Below, one piece after another: positions 1 to 7,909 of a stretch of DNA of 32,000 nt. Every line of letters starts with the position of its first letter. Position 1 is the first letter of the stretch. Made by a program: the position numbers and the translations under genes. Source of the DNA: Aquifex aeolicus VF5 (GTDB lineage Bacteria > Aquificota > Aquificia > Aquificales > Aquificaceae); NCBI RefSeq assembly GCF_000008625.1, contig NC_000918.1:1080001-1112000 (forward strand), given 5' to 3'. The notes under the pieces are model-generated. The model was given only the letters and a program-made list of their open reading frames with translations, was not told the DNA's origin and made no database searches.

Positions 1-1922
1 AGGAAGTTAAGAATAAGGGCTTTAAGAAGAAGATATTAATTACCGACCTCACGCCAAGAGACGGACAGCAGTGCAAACTCGCTACCCGTGTGAGAACCGA
101 GGACCTCCTCCCCTTATGCGAAGCCTTAGACAAGTGCGGATTTTACGCGGTAGAAGTCTGGGGAGGAGCTACGTACGACGTTTGCCTGAGATACCTCAAA
201 GAGGACCCATGGGAAAGGCTAAGGAGAATAAAGGAAGTAATGCCCAACACCAAACTCCAGATGCTCTTCAGGGGACAGAACATAGTCGGTTACAAACCCA
301 GAAGCGACTATGTAGTTAAGAAGTTCGTTGAAAAGGCTATAGAAAATGGAATAACCGTTTTCAGAGTGTTTGACTCTCTCAACGACAACAGGAATATAGA
401 AACCGCTGTTAAAGCTATAAAGGAATTCGGCGGAGAAGTTCACGCTGAAATCTCCTACACCAGAAGTCCCATACACACTTACGAGCTCTGGATGAGGTAT
501 GCTCAGGAACTGGCGGAAATGGAACCCGACTGGATATCCTTTAAGGATGCAACGGGGATAATGCAACCCTTTGAATGTTACCAGATAATCAAGGGAATAA
601 AGGAAGTAACGGGAGGAAAGATACCAGTTCTCCTTCACAACCACGACATGAGCGGAATGGCGACCATGAACCACATAATGGCTGTTCTCGCAGGCGTCGA
701 TATGCTGGACACAGTACTTTCACCCTTAGCGTTCGGTTCATCTCACCCTGCAACCGAGACCATAATCGCAGCGCTTGAAGGAACACCTTACGACACGGGA
801 CTTGACCTTCAAAAGGTTTCGGAAGCTGCGGAAATAGCTAAGAAGATTAAGAAGAAGTACAAGAAGTATGAAACGGAATACGCGGGAGTTAACGCAAAAG
901 TTCTCATACACAAGATACCCGGTGGAATGATATCCAACATGGTTGCACAACTGATGGAGGCAAACGCACTCGACAAGATAGAAGAAGCACTAGAAGAAGT
1001 TCCGAGAGTAGAAAAAGACCTTGGATACCCACCGTTGCTAACACCTTCTTCACAAATAGTCGGTGTTCAGGCGGTTCTGAACGTAATCACGGGAGAAAGG
1101 TACAAAGTAATCACAAAAGAAGTGAGAGATTACGTAGAAGGAAAGTATGGAAGACCGCCCGGACCAATATCCAAGGAACTCGTTGAAAAGATACTCGGTC
1201 CCGGAAAAGAACCGGACTTCTCCAAGAGGGCTGCCGACTACGCCGATCCCCACGAATGGGACAAGGCTAAGAAGGAACTCGAAGAGCTCTTCAAAAGAGA
1301 ACCCACAGACGAAGAAGTACTCCTCTACATACTCTTCCCCATGCAGGCAAAAGAGTTCTTTGAACTCAGGGAAAAGGGAGAACTCCATCCAGAACCCGTG
1401 GAAGCGGAACTCCCGGAAGTTGCAGAAACGAAGCCCGGAGAAGTTCCCGGCGCTGCACCCGTAGAGTTTGAACTCACATACCACGGTGAGAAGTTCAAGG
1501 TAAGGATAGAAGGCGTTTCCGTGGACGCAGAAAGCGGAAAACCCAGGAAGTACTACGTAAGGATAAACAACAGACTTGAAGAAATACAGTTAAAGCCTTT
1601 TAAGGAAGCGATACCCCAGGGTGGCGGTGCCCAAACAGTTCAGAGTGCGGAAGAAGAAGAGGGAATTCCCAAGGCTACGGAACCCGGAGACGTTACACCG
1701 CCCATGCCCGGTAAGGTTGTGAAGATACTCGTAAAAGAAGGAGAACCTGTTCAGCAGGGACAAACCGTTGCAACCGTTGAAGCAATGAAGATGGAAAACG
1801 AAGTCCATGCACCCATAGACGGAATAGTTAAGAAGATATTCGCAAAACCCGGAGACCAAGTTAACCCAGATCAAGCGATAATGAGAATAGTCCCCCACAA
1901 AGAAGATAAGAGCTATCAATAA
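1..1922 (+). CDS. Carboxyltransferase + biotin-carrier subunit of a two-subunit biotin carboxylase (pyruvate carboxylase subunit B / oxaloacetate decarboxylase alpha / 2-oxoglutarate carboxylase large-subunit family). The 5' end lies at or beyond the window edge.
   Basis: The frame of ORF 90..1922 stays open to nt 3. Translation from nt 3 reads EVKNKGFKKKILITDLTPRDGQQ, the canonical N-terminus of the HMGL-like carboxyltransferase barrel, so the ATG at 90 is internal. A Pro/Glu-rich linker (PEPVEAELPEVAETKPGEVPGAAP) follows. The C-terminal biotinyl domain carries EAMKMENE, with the Lys codon at 1788-1790. Confidence 0.9.
   Translation, partial: EVKNKGFKKKILITDLTPRDGQQCKLATRVRTEDLLPLCEALDKCGFYAVEVWGGATYDVCLRYLKEDPWERLRRIKEVMPNTKLQMLFRGQNIVGYKPRSDYVVKKFVEKAIENGITVFRVFDSLNDNRNIETAVKAIKEFGGEVHAEISYTRSPIHTYELWMRYAQELAEMEPDWISFKDATGIMQPFECYQIIKGIKEVTGGKIPVLLHNHDMSGMATMNHIMAVLAGVDMLDTVLSPLAFGSSHPATETIIAALEGTPYDTGLDLQKVSEAAEIAKKIKKKYKKYETEYAGVNAKVLIHKIPGGMISNMVAQLMEANALDKIEEALEEVPRVEKDLGYPPLLTPSSQIVGVQAVLNVITGERYKVITKEVRDYVEGKYGRPPGPISKELVEKILGPGKEPDFSKRAADYADPHEWDKAKKELEELFKREPTDEEVLLYILFPMQAKEFFELREKGELHPEPVEAELPEVAETKPGEVPGAAPVEFELTYHGEKFKVRIEGVSVDAESGKPRKYYVRINNRLEEIQLKPFKEAIPQGGGAQTVQSAEEEEGIPKATEPGDVTPPMPGKVVKILVKEGEPVQQGQTVATVEAMKMENEVHAPIDGIVKKIFAKPGDQVNPDQAIMRIVPHKEDKSYQ
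1782..1793 (+). other. Biotin attachment motif A-M-K-M (biotinyl-lysine codon 1788-1790)
   Basis: The codons gca atg aag atg sit inside a lipoyl/biotinyl-type domain (VKEGEPVQQGQTVATVEAMKMENEVHAPIDGIV). Confidence 0.85.
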
Positions 1923-1962
1923 GCTTTCCTTTTTCCCTTCTTTTTCTTTTAAAATTTTTAAA

Positions 1963-2547
1963 ATGGAGTATTGCAGAGATTTATCTGAAAAACTCAGGGA
2001 AGTTATTAGAAAGGAAACTGTAAAGCTTCCTATACAACCTATCCAAATAATAAGCATAGAAAGGCACGAGTTTAAGGTTCTCTTAAACAAAAAAGGAATT
2101 AAAATTGTAAACCCGCCAAACCTAACCAAAAACCTCGGAGTTTACCTAATACTCTCTTTCAGACTTAAAGAAAAGATACGGGAAATTCTCGGCGAGAAAT
2201 TTGAGCATTTAATAAAAGTTTTAGGGGATATAATTTCCGATAATACACTTGAAACACCTTTAATAACACTCGGTGAAGGTAAAAACCTCAAGAAAAAGTT
2301 TAACGAGGAATTCATAGAAACCCTTGAGAATGCTTCCTATTCAAACGAGGAGGCCGGAAAATTAAGGGAATTTTTAAAGACACTTTACGCTTTGGCACTC
2401 TGTAATAGTAGGGAAGAAATCACTCTGGACCTTTGTGTAATATTACTCCACTCCGAACAGCACGCAACTTTAGAAAAACAACTCCTTTCTCTCGTACAAC
2501 CGCTACTAAAAATTGATAAAAAACCGAAGAAAGAACTGAACCTATAG
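1963..2547 (+). CDS. Hypothetical protein, 194 aa, no recognisable motif
   Basis: Long ORF in an otherwise non-coding gap, with ATG at 1963. The helical Lys/Glu/Leu-rich composition matches the rest of the window. GC is about 30-33% in the lines counted, against about 50% in the neighbouring carboxylase gene. Confidence 0.55.
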   Translation: MEYCRDLSEKLREVIRKETVKLPIQPIQIISIERHEFKVLLNKKGIKIVNPPNLTKNLGVYLILSFRLKEKIREILGEKFEHLIKVLGDIISDNTLETPLITLGEGKNLKKKFNEEFIETLENASYSNEEAGKLREFLKTLYALALCNSREEITLDLCVILLHSEQHATLEKQLLSLVQPLLKIDKKPKKELNL

Positions 2548-2597
2548 TCCGCGAAGTTGCAAAGGTTATAAACGAAACCTGTTTAAATTAAATTTGT

Positions 2598-3515
2598 ATG
2601 GAAAAAGTTTTTTTGGAAAAACTCCAGAAAACCTTGCACATACCCGGAGGACTCCTTTTTTACGGCAAAGAAGGAAGCGGAAAGACGAAAACAGCTTTTG
2701 AATTTGCAAAAGGTATTTTATGTAAGGAAAACGTACCGTGGGGATGCGGAAGTTGTCCCTCCTGCAAACACGTAAACGAGCTGGAGGAAGCCTTCTTTAA
2801 AGGAGAAATAGAAGACTTTAAAGTTTATAAAGACAAGGACGGTAAAAAGCACTTCGTTTACCTTATGGGCGAACATCCCGACTTTGTGGTAATAATCCCG
2901 AGCGGACATTACATAAAGATAGAACAGATAAGGGAAGTTAAGAACTTTGCCTATGTGAAGCCCGCACTAAGCAGGAGAAAAGTAATTATAATAGACGACG
3001 CCCACGCGATGACCTCTCAGGCGGCAAACGCTCTTTTAAAGGTATTGGAAGAGCCACCTGCGGACACCACCTTTATCTTGACCACGAACAGGCGTTCTGC
3101 AATCCTGCCGACTATCCTCTCCAGAACTTTTCAAGTGGAGTTCAAGGGCTTTTCAGTAAAAGAGGTTATGGAAATAGCGAAAGTAGACGAGGAAATAGCG
3201 AAACTCTCTGGAGGCAGTCTAAAAAGGGCTATCTTACTAAAGGAAAACAAAGATATCCTAAACAAAGTAAAGGAATTCTTGGAAAACGAGCCGTTAAAAG
3301 TTTACAAGCTTGCAAGTGAATTCGAAAAGTGGGAACCTGAAAAGCAAAAACTCTTCCTTGAAATTATGGAAGAATTGGTATCTCAAAAATTGACCGAAGA
3401 GAAAAAAGACAATTACACCTACCTTCTTGATACGATCAGACTCTTTAAAGACGGACTCGCAAGGGGTGTAAACGAACCTCTGTGGCTGTTTACGTTAGCC
3501 GTTCAGGCGGATTAA
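2598..3515 (+). CDS. holB: DNA polymerase III delta-prime subunit (clamp-loader AAA+)
   Basis: P-loop GKEGSGKTKTA, zinc module CGSCPSCKHV, IIIDDAHAM (Walker B), ALLKVLEEPPADTTFILTT (sensor 1) and ILSRT. Confidence 0.9.
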   Translation: MEKVFLEKLQKTLHIPGGLLFYGKEGSGKTKTAFEFAKGILCKENVPWGCGSCPSCKHVNELEEAFFKGEIEDFKVYKDKDGKKHFVYLMGEHPDFVVIIPSGHYIKIEQIREVKNFAYVKPALSRRKVIIIDDAHAMTSQAANALLKVLEEPPADTTFILTTNRRSAILPTILSRTFQVEFKGFSVKEVMEIAKVDEEIAKLSGGSLKRAILLKENKDILNKVKEFLENEPLKVYKLASEFEKWEPEKQKLFLEIMEELVSQKLTEEKKDNYTYLLDTIRLFKDGLARGVNEPLWLFTLAVQAD

Positions 3516-3585
3516 TAAACCGTTATTGATTCCGTAACATTTAAACCTTAATCTAAATTATGAGAGCCTTTGAAGGAGGTCTGGT

Positions 3586-4476
3586 ATGGAAAATTTGAAG
3601 ATTAGATATATAGATACGAGGAAGATAGGAACCGTGAGCGGTGTAAAAGTTCCGGTAAAAAAGGGCTACAAAATAGTCGTGGAAGACGAGGAAAAGGGGG
3701 AGGACATAGTTGAGGTTCTGGGCTATTCAAGGGAAGAATCCAAGAACGGAATTCAGCCGAGGTTTGTTAGGGTTGCAAACAAAAGAGATCTGGAGATCTT
3801 CAAGAAGAACATGAGGGAAAGCGAGAGGGCTTTTGAGATATGTAAAGAGAAGATAAAAGAACACGGACTGGATATGCACCTGCTTAAGGCCTACATACCT
3901 CTAAATAGAAAAAAAGTCTTCTTCTACTATCTGGCGGAAGAGAGGGTGGACTTTAGAAATCTCGTGAGAGACCTTGCGAAGATATTCAAGAGAAGGATTG
4001 AGATGAGACAGATAGGGGTGAGGGACGCTGTTCAGATGAAAGGGTGGATAGGCAGGTGTATGAGGGAAACCTGTTGTTCCCAGTTTATGGAAAACTTTCA
4101 GTCCATATCGCTCAGGGATATAACCGAGCAAAACTTGCCCCTCTCTCCTTCCAAGTTCACGGGTCCATGCGGAAGGCTCGTATGCTGTATGGCTTTCGAG
4201 CGGGAAAATTACCTCCTCAAAATCCTTTTCCCAGAACCCGGAACAAAGCTCTGCTACAACAAACAGGAGGTTACCCTTCTTGAAGTTGATCCTCTCAGGG
4301 AGACGGTTGTACTTCAGTACGATGAGCTCGGAAAGAAGGTAGAGCTGGGAGTAAGAGACATGCTACCTAAGGGGTACGAGAAAGCTTTAGAGCACTGCCG
4401 TTCCTGTCAATTTTGTTGCAGAAGGGTGTACGAAGAGGCTACGGAACATGAGATTGTCAAAAGTTCTGCGGAGTGA
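3586..4476 (+). CDS. ricT: PSP1 C-terminal domain protein (RicT/YaaT-like) with an extra C-terminal Cys cluster
   Basis: Strong SD GAAGGAGGT 7 nt before the ATG. Collinear with Bacillus YaaT motifs: FYYLAEERVDFRNLVRDLAKIFKRRIEMRQIGVRDAVQMKG, CMRETCCSQF and GPCGRLVCCMAFE. It lies immediately downstream of holB, as in Firmicutes. Confidence 0.85.
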   Translation: MENLKIRYIDTRKIGTVSGVKVPVKKGYKIVVEDEEKGEDIVEVLGYSREESKNGIQPRFVRVANKRDLEIFKKNMRESERAFEICKEKIKEHGLDMHLLKAYIPLNRKKVFFYYLAEERVDFRNLVRDLAKIFKRRIEMRQIGVRDAVQMKGWIGRCMRETCCSQFMENFQSISLRDITEQNLPLSPSKFTGPCGRLVCCMAFERENYLLKILFPEPGTKLCYNKQEVTLLEVDPLRETVVLQYDELGKKVELGVRDMLPKGYEKALEHCRSCQFCCRRVYEEATEHEIVKSSAE

Positions 4477-5260
4477 TCTAAATACGCTCTTCTTATTTGA
4501 GCTGGAAGACGGCTATACCGTGGAGTCCGTATTCTACAGGGGGGACACTCTCTGTGTTTCTACGCAGGTCGGGTGTCCCGTTCGGTGTACTTTCTGTGCT
4601 TCCGGAAAGAACGGGCTCTTTAGAAACCTGAGTGCGGAGGAGATATACAACCAGTACGAATTACTCAAGGATAGGTATCCGATAAAGAGGATTGCGGTAG
4701 CGGGTATAGGTGAACCCCTTTCCAACTGGAGGAACGTAAAGGAAGCCTTTGAAAAGTTTAAAAAAGAAGGTCTTAAAGTATCTTTCTACACTACGGGTTT
4801 TCCTACAAAGCACTTGAGAGAACTTCTACATTTGCCCCATTCCGGAGTTACGATTTCCCTTCACTCTCTGAACGATGAAACGAGGAAGTACCTAATGCCT
4901 CATGCGGGAAAGCTGGAAGAGGTTATAAAGGTTCTTGAAGAAGAACTCCCTAAACTTTCCTCCAAAAAGAGGAAGAAGGTAAGTCTTGCCTACATCTTAC
5001 TGAAGGATGTTAACGACTCGCAGGAAGAACTCGAAAAATTAGCGGAGCTCGCCAAAAGGTTGGGCGTCAGCATCACTCTCCTTTACTACAACAAAACTTT
5101 TGAATTTGAGCCCGTAAGCGAAAAGGAATACGAGGAAGCCTTCCTCTTCCTGCGTTCAAAAGGGGTAAGGGTTACACTTTCTACACGTTTCAGAAAGGAC
5201 AAACTCGGAGGGTGCGGAACGCTCGTTGTAAACAGAAATAAAGAACTAACGAAAGTATGA
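4448..5260 (+). CDS. Radical SAM enzyme of the RlmN/Cfr methyl-synthase family, short form (270 aa) lacking the N-terminal accessory domain
   Basis: DTLCVSTQVGCPVRCTFCASG contains the CxxxCxxC cluster plus the upstream conserved Cys. Also present are GIGEPLSN, ISLHSLNDETR, ILLKDVNDS and the C-terminal GGCGTL. All are collinear with E. coli RlmN motifs. The gene overlaps the ricT-like gene by 29 nt. Confidence 0.8.
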   Translation: MRLSKVLRSDLNTLFLFELEDGYTVESVFYRGDTLCVSTQVGCPVRCTFCASGKNGLFRNLSAEEIYNQYELLKDRYPIKRIAVAGIGEPLSNWRNVKEAFEKFKKEGLKVSFYTTGFPTKHLRELLHLPHSGVTISLHSLNDETRKYLMPHAGKLEEVIKVLEEELPKLSSKKRKKVSLAYILLKDVNDSQEELEKLAELAKRLGVSITLLYYNKTFEFEPVSEKEYEEAFLFLRSKGVRVTLSTRFRKDKLGGCGTLVVNRNKELTKV

Positions 5261-6279
5261 TAAAGGTAGAAGGAAAAGTCTTAAAGGTGGAGGGAGAACT
5301 CACCGCGGAAAATATAAAAAGTTTAAAAATCCCCAAAAATATTGAAAAGATAGACCTTTCAGACTTGAAAAAACTCGACACTTTCGGAGCTACTTTTTTA
5401 GCTCTCCTGATAAAGGAAAATAATATCCCTCTGGAAAGAGTTGAAGGCGGTGAAAAGCATGTGGAATTGATAAAACTTGTGCTTGATAACTTAAAATTAC
5501 CCAAAGAAATTCCTGAAAAGAAAGTGTCCTTCTCACTAAAAAATCTCTTTTCCTTTCCGGAATTCCTGGGACTTTTCTTAATTCACTCTTTCAAATACAT
5601 AAAACAGTTCGAATTTTCGGCTTTTTTTAAGGAACTGCAAACCTCCGGACTCGGGAGTGTCCTGATACTTGTTTCCCTTTCCTTTTTAATAGGGGTTGTT
5701 ATCGCTTACCAGAGTGCGGTTCAGCTGAGAGCTTTCGGAGCTGGGATCTTTATAGTGGATCTTGTAGGCATTTCAACCTTCAGAGAACTTGCCCCGCTTC
5801 TTACGGGCATAATCCTCGCGGGAAGGGTGAGCAGCGGTTACACCGCAAACGTGGGACTGAGGAAGATAAACGAGGAAATTGACGCCCTGAGGGTTATGGG
5901 ACTTTCACCCGTGGTTCTTTTAGTCCTTCCGAGGGTTCTCGCTTCCTTGATTTACACTCCATTACTCACCTCACTTTCCGCTGTCGCTATGCTCCTCGGT
6001 GGGGCTATAATAGCTCAAGTATTTCTTGGTATAGGAGTTGAAGAGTTCTTTAAGAAACTGCCCGAAGCCGTTGCGAAAGAAGATCTGTTTGCGGGGTACG
6101 TCAAGACGCCCTTCTTCGGTGTTGCCATTGCTTTGAACGGCGTGTATTACGGATTTCTCACCGATCCCAAACCTGAAAGCCTTGGTTATTCAGTAATGAG
6201 AAGCGTCGTTACAGGAATATCCGTTATAATCTTGCTCGACGCCGTATTCTCAATAATCTTCCTGAGACTGGGGATATGA
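5257..6279 (+). CDS. mlaE: MlaE-type ABC permease with an N-terminal STAS (MlaB-like) domain fused
   Basis: TFRELAPLLTGIILAGRVSSGYTANVGLRKINEEIDALRVMGLSP is the MlaE signature region, with multiple TM segments. The first ~90 aa (KVLKVEGELTAENIKSL...LDTFGATFLALLIKE) look STAS-like. ATGA overlap with the upstream gene. Confidence 0.85.
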   Translation: MIKVEGKVLKVEGELTAENIKSLKIPKNIEKIDLSDLKKLDTFGATFLALLIKENNIPLERVEGGEKHVELIKLVLDNLKLPKEIPEKKVSFSLKNLFSFPEFLGLFLIHSFKYIKQFEFSAFFKELQTSGLGSVLILVSLSFLIGVVIAYQSAVQLRAFGAGIFIVDLVGISTFRELAPLLTGIILAGRVSSGYTANVGLRKINEEIDALRVMGLSPVVLLVLPRVLASLIYTPLLTSLSAVAMLLGGAIIAQVFLGIGVEEFFKKLPEAVAKEDLFAGYVKTPFFGVAIALNGVYYGFLTDPKPESLGYSVMRSVVTGISVIILLDAVFSIIFLRLGI

Positions 6280-7019
6280 TAGTAGAGTTTGAAGAAGTTT
6301 ACTCGGGATACGGGAACACAGTAGTTCACAAGGGGATAAGTTTTAAGGTGGAATCCTCGCAAATAGTCGCAATAGTGGGTGGAAGCGGTGCGGGAAAGAC
6401 GACACTTCTGAGACTTATCCTAGGACTTCTGAAGCCTTTAAAGGGTGAAGTAAGGCTATTTGGGAAGTCCATAAAAAACTTAAGTGAAGAGGAACTCCAG
6501 AAGTTGAGGGATAGAATGGGAGTAGTATTCCAGTTTTCCGCACTCTTCGGCTCAATGACAGTCCTTGAAAACGTTATGTACCCGGTTATCAAAAAAAGGA
6601 AACTGGATCGTTCAATAGTAGAGATGAACGCCTGCTTTAAGCTTTCCGTGTGCGGACTCAAACCCGAAGACTTTTACAAGTATCCCCAGGAACTCTCGGG
6701 TGGAATGAAGAAAAAGACAGCCCTTGCTCGGGCTCTCTCCTTAGACCCAGAACTCCTGATACTGGACGAACCCACCTCGGGTCTTGATCCGATAAGTGCT
6801 GAAGAGTTTGATAACTTGATAAAAACCGTGAGGGACACTTTCGGAACTACGGTAATTATGGTTACCCACGACTTGCCTTCTTTGAGGATATGTGATAAAG
6901 TCCTTGCCCTAAGGGAAGGAAAAATAGTATTCGACGGAAAGCCTCAGGAACTTTTTGAAAGTGAAGACCCTTGGATTAAGGAACTTGTAAAGACCTCAAG
7001 GGGGAAGTGCATACTGTGA
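6276..7019 (+). CDS. mlaF: MlaF-type ABC transporter ATP-binding protein
   Basis: Walker A GGSGAGKTT, signature LSGGMKKKTALARAL, Walker B LLILDEPTSGLDP and H-loop VTHD. ATGA overlap with mlaE. Confidence 0.9.
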   Translation: MIVEFEEVYSGYGNTVVHKGISFKVESSQIVAIVGGSGAGKTTLLRLILGLLKPLKGEVRLFGKSIKNLSEEELQKLRDRMGVVFQFSALFGSMTVLENVMYPVIKKRKLDRSIVEMNACFKLSVCGLKPEDFYKYPQELSGGMKKKTALARALSLDPELLILDEPTSGLDPISAEEFDNLIKTVRDTFGTTVIMVTHDLPSLRICDKVLALREGKIVFDGKPQELFESEDPWIKELVKTSRGKCIL

Positions 7020-7909
7020 TAGAAGGAAGGGTGAATTACATTCTTGTAGGCTTGTTTATACTGCTCGGTTTGGGAGTTACACTCTTCGTACTTTTTTTGA
7101 TGACGGACATTATGGAAAGGGAAAAGTTCAGACCTTACCTCATTTACACAACCCAGTCGGTAGAGGGTTTAAACACCGGAGCAGCTGTTTACTACAAGGG
7201 TGTACAGGTGGGAAAGGTCAAGGAAATTAAAATTGCAAAAAATCAGGAGCTTATAAAGATAAAAGTATTGATAGATAAAGACTTTAAAGTTAGGGATGGA
7301 TTGGTTGCGACCCTCGGCGTTCAGGGTATTACGGGACTTGCTTACATAAACCTAGAGTACAAAGAAGGCTACAAACTCGGAAGAGACCCCGAGGAAAACC
7401 TTCCCGTCATACCTATGGAACCTTCCGAACTTCAAAAGTTAACTCAATCCCTTCCCGAACTTTTGAGCAAAACAGATGAACTCCTCACAAACTTAGGAAA
7501 GTTTTTCTCCGAGGAAAACGCAGAGGAAATCTCTAAAGTGCTGAAGAATACCAACAAAACCCTCAAATCTTTTGAAGAATTATCTGGAAAACTTGAGAAT
7601 ATCTCCCTAAGAGTTGAAAAACTGGTCGCTAATGCGGACAAGAAACTCGGAGAGCTGGAAGTAAAGAAATTAAACGAGGTTCTGGAAGAGTATAAAAACT
7701 TGGCGGTTGAGGTGGAAAAGTTTGTGAAAAACCTATCAAACCTCTCTGAAAAGGTGGACAGGGAAACCTTAAGAAAGTTTGAAGAATTGATAAATTCTTT
7801 GGAAAAAACCTCTGAAGAAGTTCAAAAACTCGTAAGAAAGCTTAAGAATAACCCTTCACAAATGCTTGAAATAAAGACGATAAAACCTCACGAGGTGGAG
7901 GAATGGTAA
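7007..7909 (+). CDS. mlaD: MCE-domain protein (MlaD-like) with an N-terminal TM anchor and a ~170-aa C-terminal coiled coil
   Basis: TM helix YILVGLFILLGLGVTLFVLFL and MCE core YYKGVQVGKVKEIKI...LATLGVQGITGLAYINLE, followed by long heptad-like Leu/Lys/Glu sequence to the end. The track start is GTG 7007. GTG 7016 (GTGA overlap with the mlaF stop, GGGGGAAG SD upstream) is an equally good or better start. Confidence 0.85.
   Translation: MHTVIEGRVNYILVGLFILLGLGVTLFVLFLMTDIMEREKFRPYLIYTTQSVEGLNTGAAVYYKGVQVGKVKEIKIAKNQELIKIKVLIDKDFKVRDGLVATLGVQGITGLAYINLEYKEGYKLGRDPEENLPVIPMEPSELQKLTQSLPELLSKTDELLTNLGKFFSEENAEEISKVLKNTNKTLKSFEELSGKLENISLRVEKLVANADKKLGELEVKKLNEVLEEYKNLAVEVEKFVKNLSNLSEKVDRETLRKFEELINSLEKTSEEVQKLVRKLKNNPSQMLEIKTIKPHEVEEW

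Noticed and set aside
219-1484. Minus-strand and alternative-frame ORFs inside the carboxylase gene (219..674 -, 575..778 +, 589..786 -, 738..950 -, 1050..1484 -, 1147..1464 +)
   Set aside because: They lie wholly within a strongly supported CDS. Their translations are low-complexity, or Cys/Phe/Arg-rich in a way unlike the rest of the proteome here, and they have no motifs. These are typical shadow ORFs.
1590-2129. 179-aa minus-strand ORF spanning the carboxylase 3' end and the start of the orphan ORF
   Set aside because: It overlaps the biotinyl domain coding region on the opposite strand. The translation is hydrophobic and low-complexity, and there is no SD.
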